DNA of 63,962 nt, filler included, from Dicyema japonicum (lineage: Eukaryota; Animalia; Dicyemida): assembly GCA_011109175.1 (NCBI GenBank). It is 5 parts of 5 records of this genome, joined end to end, with 100 filler letters (N's around TTAATTAATTAA, not from the genome) between each part and the next. Parts side by side here need not be neighbours in the genome. Positions count along the whole stretch, not along the records: positions 40,571 to 63,962 come from RDEW01000115.1; 4 more parts are not named here. The stretch is one strand, 5' to 3'. This document shows, one piece after another, positions 51,455 to 63,263 of this stretch. Position 1 is the first letter of the stretch, and every line of letters begins with the position of its first letter. The translations under genes and the position numbers were made by a program. Under the pieces are notes generated by a model. The model searched no databases. It was not told the DNA's origin and saw nothing but the letters and a program-made list of their open reading frames with translations.

Positions 51455-51665
51455 AAACGTTAGTGGTGTGCTATGTGGCTAATTGATTAAAGATTTTCGT
51501 TTGTTTCTTCTGTTGCTCCTTCTCCCCTTTAATAGAATTGCATCGTGTGATCTACCTGTCTCTGGTGGCACTCAGAGACAAGGTGGCAAAAAAAAGGATT
51601 TCCCCCACTTCACTGGAGAGGCTCTCACAACTGAAAGGAATGGACGTCTTCCACCTGTTATGAAT
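51455..51665 (+). repeat. Repeat family B copy (diverged)
   Basis: gtgctatgtggctaattg...gtgtgatctacctgtctctgg...aaaaaggat...cttcactggag...atggacgtctt. Confidence 0.65.
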
Positions 51666-52009
51666 TGAATTGCCTGATGATTGCCTGATGATAATATAAA
51701 CTACATGGATAAGTCTATGAGTAGGGAAATTTTTTGTTATGAAATTAAAAATGTTGACTAAATTATTTAAAACTTCTAAAATTGTGATTTTTAGTCAAAA
51801 ATAAAATAAAAATTAAGTTTTATGGTTAAAATATTAAACCAAAAAACATTGTCATAGCAAGAATGAAAAAATTCAGGTGATCCCGGCCTCCCTCAGCAGT
51901 CTTTGCATGTTCGGACTTGAGGAAGTGCCGTCCAGAGGGGAACTTGTTTGGGTGGTTGTTTACTAATGGTTATTTATGGATATAGTTTAAGATTATTTCC
52001 GGCGACACC

Positions 52010-52240
52010 AAAAATGGTGAACCACATGACTCACGATAACAATTGAAGCTACCTGGAGCCAATGGAGAAGAGAAGGAACAGAAGAATCAAACAAGTAATC
52101 TTTAATTCATGTAACATGACTCACGATAACAATTGAAGCTACCTGGAGCCAATGGAGAAGAGAAGGAACAGAAGAATCAAACAAGTAATCTTTAATTCAT
52201 GTAGCCACATAGCACCACACTAACCTTGGCGCCATTTGGC
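52010..52240 (-). repeat. Repeat family B 5' portion with 90-bp internal tandem duplication
   Basis: The reverse complement begins tggcgccaaggttagtgtggtgctatgtggcta. The unit acatgactcacg...ttcatgta starts at 52024 and 52114. Confidence 0.6.
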
Positions 52241-53034
52241 AAAAAAATCAAAAAATTTTTGTAGTATATTTAATTTTAAGATCAATAAAGTCAAAATTTT
52301 TATTAATTTTTATTTTTAATACTTAGAATTTGTAAATAAAATATTTGTTAATTTTTATGCTTATGCAAGCAGACAGTTCATTCATCACCAGTCTCCTATC
52401 TAAAGAGGATACGCTTAGAATAAGCAGGGATTCCTTTGCTAGTGTAAGGAGTTAGGAAAACCATTCAGAGAAAGGGTGGCTTATCCAGAAGAATTCTTAT
52501 CTATAATAAAAGTGCTTCCCAATAAAATTCCTCTGCAGACAAAAAAGAAGGAACTTCCGGAGGGCAGTTGGGTCGCAGGTGAAACATTCAAGAAGAATTC
52601 GGGAGATGTTGGAGACTGTGATTAGCTAATTAGTGGGTTTAACTATTCTTTCTTGGTTGTCCTTGTGTTTAAATAGAATATAAATTGTAACTACTACAAA
52701 GCCGTGTTCGATCAAGAAGGTCACTGAAAAGGTTAAGACTTATCAGAAAATATCCTGAGAATTATATGAACTCGGTTTATAGGTAGACACGATATCTACC
52801 AAGAAATGAGGTAGGAAAGTACCTTGTCTAAGTTACCTTTAAGTCTGAAAAAGTTAATTACTTCTAGAAAAGCCAATTTTAACAATTCCCACGTTAATCT
52901 ACGAGGTCCCATGAAATTTAAACTTAAAAATAGATAAAATTATTTTTATTAAAGTTGAAAAATAAAAATTTATTATTAATTTTTTTAATTAATTTATTGT
53001 GCGTGCTATTCGAGTCTCATTCAAATGACTCAAA

Positions 53035-53460
53035 AAGAGCCGCGTGGCGCCATGTGGTGCTGCGTGGTTAATCGGTTGAAGTTTTCTGCTTTCTTGTCTC
53101 TTCCTCTTCTCTCTTCCTATTAGAGTGGCGTCATGTGATCCACTTGTCTAGGTGACGCCCAGTGCCAGGTTGGCACGAAAAAGGATCATTTGCTCTTTCC
53201 CACTCCACTGGAAAGGTTTCCACAACTGCATGTAATGGACGTCTTACCTGTTATGTTCGAACTTACGCTTGTTTCCTTTAAAATTGCCGCTATACCANAC
53301 CTGTCTAGGTGACGCCCAGTGCCAGGTTGGCAAGAAAAAGGATCATTTGCTCTTCCCCATTCCACTGGAAAGGTTTCCACAACTGCATGTAATGGACGTC
53401 TTACCTGTTATGTTCGAACTTACGCTTGTTACCTTTAAAATTGTCGCTATACCAATTGGA
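53035..53460 (+). repeat. Repeat family B copy; 3' half duplicated across a single N
   Basis: Full alignment to the reverse complement of 18520-18790. A second partial unit lies at 53300-53440. Confidence 0.7.
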
Positions 53461-54513
53461 CAGTGTTCTAAAACACTAACAGTAACCATAATCTCAATCT
53501 CATAACTTTCAAAGGAAAATAGTCCATCGAAAAAATGTATATTTTAATCACAAACTACAAAAATGTCGAGTGGAGATAATTTCATACTTGCAAAGATAAA
53601 ACTTATATGGTATGAAATAACCTCATGTCCACCCTAATCTCACAGTCCTTCCTTACGAGGATGTGGAATACTCTTCGTGGCTAAACGCCTCTGTGAGCAC
53701 GCTTCTTGTGAAGACTTTGAGAATAAGAAATTTTTCAAAAGATTTATGGATCAAAAATCCGATGAAGGAGCAACGAGCTCTTAATTCAATAGTTGTATTG
53801 AAAATGAGTTCGAAATCATGCTGATTAAACACAAAAACGGGATGAAATCTTTTTATGCGAATGTAAATCTTACACAGGATACTGAGGCACGTGTCTTTCT
53901 TATATATAATCACGTAATTTCTATGTAAATCACTCATCGGATACCTTCCGTCTATGTACTTGATACTTATTCAAAAGTGGTAATGAATAAACTTGAATTT
54001 TGAGAATGAATTTGAAAACGAAATTACATCAACTAGTTCTAATGTTCGGTAGGTGTTTAATTTCTTTATGGATGCTTTCTTTGATAAATTCAGAAAATGT
54101 ATTATTTATATCATAAAAAAATAATAAAAATTTATGAAATTCAAATATAAAATAATAAAATTTATATTAAGGTCATCAAAATATATTCAAGTTATTAANG
54201 AGGCACGTGTCTTTCTTATATATAATCACGTAATTTCTATGTAAATCACTCATCGGATACCTTCCGTGTATGTACTTGATACCTATTCAAAAGTGGTAAT
54301 GAATAAATTTGAATTTTGAGAATGAATTTGAAAACGAAATTACATCAACTAGTTCTAATGTTCGGTAGTGTTTAATTTCTTTATGGATGCTTTCTTTGAT
54401 AAATTCAGAAAATGTATTATTTATATCATAAAAAAATAATAAAAATTTATGAAATTCAAATATAAAATAATAAAATTTATATTAAGGTCATTAAAATATA
54501 TTCAAGTTATAAA

Positions 54514-54920
54514 ATGGAAACTCCATCATTATATGCATTATGCATTAATTATATTCGAAGACATTTTAATGGCCAAAAATATATAAAATTAAACAACAAG
54601 TCTAATAAGATGTTTTCCAATCGAATCCTCAATGAACTTAAATATTTGAATTCACGTCCTGAGAAAAATCAATCTTTTACATTTTCAAATTTATATAGGA
54701 TTCCAGACGGAGTACAGAAAGATATTTTTTATCTTGAATTAACTCGTGAAGATCTTAACGTTATGGACGTTGTTAAGATAATTCAATTTTATCCAAACTT
54801 ATCAAATATTACAATAAGAAGGATTATTTCATCAAAAAAGAATTTTTTCTTCCATTTTTTCCGAATGAGATCAAATCATTCACATTATTGGAGTATGATG
54901 ACCCAGATTTGCTAAAATAA
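54514..54920 (+). CDS. Hypothetical protein with N-terminal BC-box-like motif
   Basis: METPSLYALCINYI resembles the Elongin-BC box (xPxLxxLCxxxI). The C-terminus may shift frame in a poly-A run (alternative ending EIKSFTLLEYDDPDLLK*). Confidence 0.4.
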
Positions 54921-56523
54921 TTTGTTAACAAAATTATTTTTGTTATTATATAGTTATATTTAAAGAAAATTCTTATCACTTATAATTTAACAAATTCTAA
55001 AATTTCATAAAAAATTCTTACTATTAGCACTAGTTTGGTCAAATTATATATATTAATTTTATAAATTAAATCAAAAAAATTTTTTTAATTTTTTTCTAAG
55101 TCTACTAGTGTAACGCGTAGTGCTCGGTAACGCGTAGCGCCTGTGACATATTGGGCAGCAGGTTATCGATATATTATTTATTTTAACAGGTGGTAGAACA
55201 AATAAAAACTTCATGAGATGAAAATTTCGGATACAAGTTGACGAATCTACCATGTAGCAAACTGTGCTCAATTAATANTCCACTAGTGTAACGCGTAGTG
55301 CTCGGTAACGCGTAGCGCCTGTGACATATTTAGCAGCAGGTTATTGATGTGTTATTTATCTTAACAGGTGGTAGAACAAATAAAAACTTAATGCGATTAA
55401 AATTTCGGATACAAGTTGACGATTCCACCATGTAGTAAACTGTCCTCAATTGATAATATTTACTCGTTATGTCTATGATAGAGATTTTAAAGAANNNNNN
55501 NNNNNNNNNNNNNNNNNNNNNNNNNNNNNNNNNNNNNNNNNNNNNNNNNNNNNNNNNNNNNNNNNNNNNNNNNNNNNNNNNNNNNNNNNNNNNNNNNNNN
55601 NNNNNNNNNNNNNNNNNNNNNNNNNNNNNNNNNNNNNNNNNNNNNNNNNNNNNNNNNNNNNNNNNNNNNNNNNNNNNNNNNNNNNNNNNNNNNNNNNNNN
55701 NNNNNNNNNNNNNNNNNNNNNNNNNNNNNNNNNNNNNNNNNNNNNNNNNNNNNNNNNNNNNNNNNNNNNNNNNNNNNNNNNNNNNNNNNNNNNNNNNNNN
55801 NNNNNNNNNNNNNNNNNNNNNNNNNNNNNNNNNNNNNNNNNNNNNNNNNNNNNNNNNNNNNNNNNNNNNNNNNNNNNNNNNNNNNNNNNNNNNNNNNNNN
55901 NNNNNNNNNNNNNNNNNNNNNNNNNNNNNNNNNNNNNNNNNNNNNNNNNNNNNNNNNNNNNNNNNNNNNNNNNNNNNNNNNNNNNNNNNNNNNNNNNNNN
56001 NNNNNNNNNNNNNNNNNNNNNNNNNNNNNNNNNNNNNNNNNNNNNNNNNNNNNNNNNNNNNNNNNNNNNNNNNNNNNNNNNNNNNNNNNNNNNNNNNNNN
56101 NNNNNNNNNNNNNNNNNNNNNNNNNNNNNNNNNNNNNNNNNNNNNNNNNNNNNNNNNNNNNNNNNNNNNNNNNNNNNNNNNNNNNNNNNNNNNNNNNNNN
56201 NNNNNNNNNNNNNNNNNNNNNNNNNNNNNNNNNNNNNNNNNNNNNNNNNNNNNNNNNNNNNNNNNNNNNNNNNNNNNNNNNNNNNNNNNNNNNNNNNNNN
56301 NNNNNNNNNNNNNNNNNNNNNNNNNNNNNNNNNNNNNNNNNNNNNNNNNNNNNNNNNNNNNNNNNNNNNNNNNNNNNNNNNNNNNNNNNNNNNNNNNNNN
56401 NNNNNNNNNNNNNNNNNNNNNNNNNNNNNNNNNNNNNNNNNNNNNNNNNNNNNNNNNNNNNNNNNNNNNNNNNNNTACCAAATCTGTAATTTTTATATTC
56501 AACAGTAGAGTTGTTGAAATTAA

Positions 56524-56775
56524 TCATTTGTTTCTACTATTATCACATTTTCTTACTTTTCCATCTTTTGTAACCCTCAAGTTTATTATTCCGCTGAATA
56601 TCATAGATAAGCTACTATTATCAACTACGCTCCAAGTTGGAATTGTATTGTTTGATATTTTATTAACAATCTGATTGTTTCCAAGTCCAAATAAACTAGC
56701 AAACAACACAAATCCTATAAAATTATTTAATTTAAACAAACCACAATTCATAATAGTCATAAAGTGAGACGACAA
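56524..56775 (-). CDS. Possible N-terminal exon of a hypothetical secreted or membrane protein
   Basis: An early hydrophobic stretch FIGFVLFASLFGLG followed by N-x-S/T sequons. The remainder would lie in the 55495-56474 gap. Confidence 0.22.
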   Translation of the reverse strand: MSSHFMTIMNCGLFKLNNFIGFVLFASLFGLGNNQIVNKISNNTIPTWSVVDNSSLSMIFSGIINLRVTKDGKVRKCDNSRNK

Positions 56776-57039
56776 TTATTATTCTGGAATAATTAATTAT
56801 AAAAATTAATAAGATATATTAATATATAATTACTAAATTTAATAATAATTTAATAAAAATATACAGTACAAACACACCTCAATAAAACCCCGGCTTGAGG
56901 CACCCTCTGTATTTCCGGCGTTTTTTATTAGGGCAGGGTTTGAACTCTATTAATTTTGTTGTTAACAAAAATTTAAATATGTAAATTACGAATTATTTAA
57001 CATATAATTATAGAAAATTCTATATTTATTATATTCTGT

Positions 57040-59625
57040 TGTTGTGGAGTTATACGTGTTGTTTCTAATCATACGGAAAAATGGGATCTAATGGGCCTTC
57101 CTGCAAAATCAAACAAAGAAGATAGTATAGTAGAAGCAGGAGCGTCGTCTGTGGTGTTGGATGATGTCACAAGAACTAATATCAACATCGTAAAGAAAAT
57201 TGGCGCTAAAACCAACTTGAATTCACAATCTGCTATTATCGAAAAGGTCCATTGTTTCTCTGAAGCNACAAAAATTAAAATATGTAAATTACGAATTATT
57301 TAACATATATTTATAGAAAATTCTATATTTATTATATTCTGCTGTTGTGGAGTTATACGTGTTGTTTCTAATCATACGGAGAAATCGGATCTAATGGGCC
57401 TTCCTGCAAAATCAAAAAAAGAAGATAGTATAGTAGAAGCAGGAGCGTCGTCTGTGGTGTTGGATGATGTCACAAGAACTAATATCAACATCGTAAAGAA
57501 AATTGGCGCTAAAACCAACTTGAATTCACAATCTGTTATTATCGAAAAGGTCCATTGTTTCTCTGAAGCTGAGTAAGTATCTCAGATTTTTGGTGCCACG
57601 AAGCAAAGATTCGGAAGGAGATTTAGAGGTGGATGGAACCTGCACGTGTCATATGACAGTGTTGGTAAAGTAAATACTGATATTGAATGCATGCTACCAG
57701 AGTTCACAAATGAGTTTATCCTGGATGTTATTAAATGGCTCCTTGATTGGAAGGCGTGTGGATGCGATGGTTCATACAATTTCTTTATTAAGAAAATGGA
57801 TTCTTTACACGGCTCTTTATGTACTGAGATTAATCGAATTATTAATGGGGAATATATGCCTGAAAATTGGTTTTATACTGGAATAACATATTTAATTCCT
57901 AAAAAAGATAATTGTGAGACTCCTAAAGACTTACGTCCTACAACGTGTATGCCAACATTATATAAACTTATTACCAAATGTGTTAATGCCAAACTCTCAG
58001 ATTTTGTCGCTTCGTTTGGGCTATTATTTGACAATCAGCTGGGAACGAGGAAACATTGTCAAGGCGCTGAGGAACAGGTCCTTAAATAAGGAGTATGGAA
58101 ACGCCCTTTAGTCTGCTTGTGTTGCTGTGAAGAAAGCCTTCGATTCTGTTGACCATGAAATTTTATTTCATCTATTGGACTGTTTAGGAATACTTCGTTG
58201 GGTTGTTAACTTTGTAAAGACCATAGTCAAGAAGTGGACTGTAAATCTCCACTTAGATGGAAGAAGAATTGGTTCTGTAAAGCTGAGACGTAGAATTCTG
58301 CAAGGAGATTCATTATCCCCTCAACTGTTTGTTATGGTAATGGAACCCTTGAGCAGGATCCTTAATTCTATGTTCCCAAGAATCCAAATCAATCAGGAGG
58401 ATCCTAACACTCTGGCTTATTCAACGTTCACCTAAAGATATTTGGGCTAAAAGAAGATACTGTTATTAAAATGATGTAAGTTGTTCGCGATTTTTTCATG
58501 TTGCCGGCTTGGAGATGAATTCGGAAAAGTCAGTCTCTAATGTTAAATCGTGATCATGTTTGAGACTCTGGAAGGATATCGATATTTGGGTGTTTTTGAA
58601 GACGAGGAAAGTAATGTTCTCAAAAACAAAGTTATGGAGTCTATACTTGAAAATGTTTATAATATCCATACTTTCAAAAACAAGTTAAATTCTGTAAACT
58701 TGTTTCGTGCAATAAATGAATAGGCAATTTCCCTAACTATTATATAGGATTAATTAATATTGAACCTTAATAATTTGATGATATTGACCAACAAATACGT
58801 CAACTGTTTATGTCACTCAAGTTGCACCTCAAACCTGAAAATAAAGAGAGGCTGTATTTGGATAGAAAGACTGTTGAAAGAGGACTTACCTCGATTTCTT
58901 TTAAAAGCAAATTAATACTCCTCCAGCTACTTAAAAGTTTTGAAAAACAGGCACTGTGTATTTGCGAAGGTCAGGGATTCTGCGAGTAATGAAAACAAAA
59001 TAAGAAATGCGACCGTCTTGTCCATGAATATTGTACAAGGAGAACACAATGAGGTAGAAGCTTCATTAAAACATAACTCAGATATCTCCATGATTATTTA
59101 TCCTCGAAAAAATTACAATAAAATGCCGAAATAGTGACATCGAGACTGCTACTTCAAGATTGCGACAACCTTCACCGGTGCTAAAAAGTTCGACTAGGAA
59201 ATAGAAGACGAATGAAAAGCAAATAATGTCAGTAAAGGGGATTTAAAGTTACAGAGCCATGGATTTGTAGAAAAGTTTCTTTTTTAATGAAATCCCTAAT
59301 CCGTAAGAACCGATGATGCAGTGTTACGAGCATCCAGTATACTCGATACGTGCTTGTGTGGGATCAAAGAAGGAACATCTGATCAAGTTGATGTNAAAGT
59401 TCGACTAGGAAATAGAAGACGAATGAAAAGCAAATAATGTCAGTAAAGGGGATTTAAAGTTACAGAGCCATGGAAGTTTCTTTTTTAATGAAATCCCTAA
59501 TACGTAAGAACCGATGATGCAGTGTTACGAGCATCCAGTATATTCGATACGTGCTTGTGTGGGCTCAAAGAAGGAACATCTGATCAAGTTGATGTTTCAT
59601 CTGGAACATGTCGGGATAACGTGAG
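57040..59625 (+). mobile_element. R4/Dong-clade RLE non-LTR retrotransposon (RT + 3' UTR), decayed
   Basis: WKACGCDG, WFYTGITYLIPK, DLRPTTCMPTLYKLIT, NQLGTRKHCQG, KKAFDSVDH, ILQGDSLSPQLF, GYRYLGVFE. The 3' UTR motif atacgtgcttgtgtggg is present. Confidence 0.9.
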
Positions 59626-59692
59626 TAATATTTGGAATTTTTATTAATTCATTCATAAAAAAATATTATTGTTTAAGCCTCAGTCTTTTTAG

Positions 59693-61263
59693 GCAAAAAA
59701 ACCAATAACTTACAGAAATGTGACAACCAAACACAGACTTTCCAAGGGACAGGGTAAGATCACTGAAACAGAAAAATACTTTAGTAAAAAAATAAAGATG
59801 CTAAGAAAAAATAGAAGTTCCAAAGATCAGTCTATTGTAGTCAATCAACACATATGGCTTGTTTCTCGACGTGAAAAACGACATATCTTTCACGGACTTA
59901 AGTCGGATTTAAAATCATATAAAGAGATAAAGTTTTTTTTCTTTTTTGGATAACGGAGGTACATTCTTTAGCAAAGATCATGTCTCTCATCTTACACCAA
60001 CCTATCACACTTTTCTATATAAAAAATATTAATCATATGTGGGGATTTCAAAGCAAGACACCCACCTTGGCTAACCTCATAGTTCTCTGACAACTAAGGT
60101 GACCTTATTGCATATAATTACTATAATCTTTTTTTCTAAATGACTAAAAAAACCATAAGAACTCGACTAAGAAGCAACGGGATCTTTACATTTTTAGATC
60201 TGTGTTTCATTTATTAGCTGGACTTATTACATGTAAAGTGAATTATGATTTCTATTTTTACTATTTTTAATGTAAGGAAATTTCGACGTCCACAGATGGC
60301 TTTTGGAAGCCAGAAATTTAAGAGCTACAGAAAAGTTGACTGGTCATACTTCAATANTCTCTGACGACTAAGGTGACCTTATTGCATGTAATTACTATGA
60401 TCTTTTTTTCTAAATGACTAAAAAAACCATAAGAACTCGACTAAGAAGCAACGGAATTTTTACATTTTTAGATCTGTGTTTCATTTATTAGCTGGACTTA
60501 TTACATGTAAAGTGAATTGTGATTTCTATTTTTACTATTTTTAGTGTAAGGAAATTTCGACGTCCACAGATGGCTTTTGGAAGCCAGAAATTTAAGAGCT
60601 ACATAAAAGTTGACTGGTCATACTTCAATAATCTCATTGACAAGGAACTGATTAATGGATTTTCGTCGCCTTTGTGGATAAGACCGTGAAAATATCACTG
60701 CAGTAATTAAAAAAACTGACAAGATTTTCATTTCTATTTTCTCACTTGGTCTCATGAGACGTAGAAAACTCTTGAAAAGACGCCTTTGAATAACATCAGG
60801 AAGTTAAATAAAAGATCCAGAAATGGCGGCAACTGGTTAGTAGCCTCAATAAGAAAAGCTCCTTACAATATTTCTTGAAAAGACTAAAACAGTTTGAGGG
60901 TGCAAATGGAAAAATACAACTTTGTTCATAGCACTGCATCATATGCATTTAATCTACTCATTAAAAAACTACGTAGCGATCAGTTTCAAGGCTTTTACGA
61001 GATACCAGAACGTCATGGTGGATCCTCATAAACCAAGTAGACGGCTGTAGTATAAATTATTTTCAGATAACGGATTGAAGAGCTCATATTTCCGCGGTCT
61101 AGAAAAAAGTATCATCGACTCATTTGAAATATTTGAGCCACTAAGCAATCTCATACCTCACATAGATCTCCGCCTCGATTCCAATATGGTCTTAGTACTA
61201 AAGATCGAAATTAAGAACAGGGAGGATGTCTCAGATTTTAAAGCTGAAGCGAACATTAAGTAA
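59693..61263 (+). CDS. Possible multi-exon hypothetical host gene
   Basis: Several open stretches bordered by short GT-AG candidates (e.g. 22 nt ending at 59692). The terminal ORF 61075-61263 ends in TAA. No complete model could be built. Confidence 0.22.
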
Positions 61264-61542
61264 CTTCTCGGTGCCAGGGCACACAAAACGTTCCCGGTGG
61301 AACCGAAACGAAAGGAACCTGTCTTACAAGTTTTCTAGACTTCGTAGATAATGTGACACACGGGACACGATTTACCTTGACAAAGTTAGAGTGGGCTACT
61401 TTAAGTTTGTGTAGCTCGGGAGCAAAATGTAGCAATCTAGTGCTACATGTGTCAAAGATTCGGTCATACAAACTACCACTGCACTTATAAAAAACAGTGC
61501 CTTTCTTGCGGGGCTCACATACACACAAATCCTTCAATATAA
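61256..61542 (-). CDS. Probable C-terminal ricin-B lectin part of the same ppGalNAc-T
   Basis: KDLCV...GTVFYKCSG...RLLH...VPC has ricin-subdomain-like Cys spacing. It lies on the same strand, directly across the 61543-62388 gap. Confidence 0.5.
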
Positions 61543-62388
61543 NNNNNNNNNNNNNNNNNNNNNNNNNNNNNNNNNNNNNNNNNNNNNNNNNNNNNNNNNN
61601 NNNNNNNNNNNNNNNNNNNNNNNNNNNNNNNNNNNNNNNNNNNNNNNNNNNNNNNNNNNNNNNNNNNNNNNNNNNNNNNNNNNNNNNNNNNNNNNNNNNN
61701 NNNNNNNNNNNNNNNNNNNNNNNNNNNNNNNNNNNNNNNNNNNNNNNNNNNNNNNNNNNNNNNNNNNNNNNNNNNNNNNNNNNNNNNNNNNNNNNNNNNN
61801 NNNNNNNNNNNNNNNNNNNNNNNNNNNNNNNNNNNNNNNNNNNNNNNNNNNNNNNNNNNNNNNNNNNNNNNNNNNNNNNNNNNNNNNNNNNNNNNNNNNN
61901 NNNNNNNNNNNNNNNNNNNNNNNNNNNNNNNNNNNNNNNNNNNNNNNNNNNNNNNNNNNNNNNNNNNNNNNNNNNNNNNNNNNNNNNNNNNNNNNNNNNN
62001 NNNNNNNNNNNNNNNNNNNNNNNNNNNNNNNNNNNNNNNNNNNNNNNNNNNNNNNNNNNNNNNNNNNNNNNNNNNNNNNNNNNNNNNNNNNNNNNNNNNN
62101 NNNNNNNNNNNNNNNNNNNNNNNNNNNNNNNNNNNNNNNNNNNNNNNNNNNNNNNNNNNNNNNNNNNNNNNNNNNNNNNNNNNNNNNNNNNNNNNNNNNN
62201 NNNNNNNNNNNNNNNNNNNNNNNNNNNNNNNNNNNNNNNNNNNNNNNNNNNNNNNNNNNNNNNNNNNNNNNNNNNNNNNNNNNNNNNNNNNNNNNNNNNN
62301 NNNNNNNNNNNNNNNNNNNNNNNNNNNNNNNNNNNNNNNNNNNNNNNNNNNNNNNNNNNNNNNNNNNNNNNNNNNNNNNNNNNNNNNN

Positions 62389-63094
62389 CAAGTCTGGAGG
62401 GAGATCTGTCGAGGATGGAGGAAACTGTTCTCAGCAAAGAGGAAAGTGCTTCATTGTGGAAGCAAATTATGACTGAGGACGTAAGCAGTGTGGAAACATC
62501 ATATTTTATATTTTTACATCTAAATTTGTATTAGTGTTTTTAATTTTCAAATAAGGAAATTTAATGTAAAATGATACATTACTCTGGAAGTCTCCCATCG
62601 ATGACGCTTTTTCTAAGAGAAATCTTGTCGCTGGTAAATTGGTTGAATTCATTATTTTTGAATCCCAAGTTGTATTCCTTCATGAGGAGCGGACTCATGC
62701 TGTAGGATTCCATGGAAAATCCGTTCCTATATTCACCTGTAATTAACAAAACTAAAAACCTGGAGTATCATCACTGACAACGTAATCAATGAGGGAAATG
62801 TGCATGGTCACTCCTCCCATTATGGAGGATCTTCGACGAATTGGTATACTGATGGGAAGTTTAATGCTACTGGAGTTTATCCCTAAAAACCTGGAGTATC
62901 ATCACTGACAACGTAATCAATGAGGGAAATGTGCATGGACACTCCTCCCATTATGGAGGATCTTCGACGAATTGGTATACTGATGGGAAGTTTAATGCTA
63001 CTGGAGTTTATTGTTAGTATTGAGATTAATGATGTAAACATAATTACTAATAAAAAATTATAATTCTGGATTTTCTTTTTTGTAAAGTGAACAT
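62389..63094 (-). CDS. GALNT: Polypeptide N-acetylgalactosaminyltransferase (ppGalNAc-T, GT27), 5' half
   Basis: Spliced FNQFTSDKISLRKSVIDGRLPE|CKNIKYDVSTLLTSSVIICFHNEALSSLLRTVSSILDRSPSRL across a 63-nt intron (62520-62582), with a 23-nt intron at 62737-62759. The type II anchor MFTLQKRKSRIIIF-LLVIMFTSLISIL from ATG 63094 needs +1 T in a T6 run. Confidence 0.9.
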
Positions 63095-63263
63095 TATTCA
63101 AAATTTAGAATTTATGTTGTGGTGTTTTTAAATTTTAAAATTTTATTTTATTAAATTTAAAATTTTTTTAAATAATAAATAAATTTAATTAATACAAAAA
63201 AATTAGAACCAAAAATAGTATTCCTTCATTCATACAGAGATGACTCTTGACATGATCAAAATG

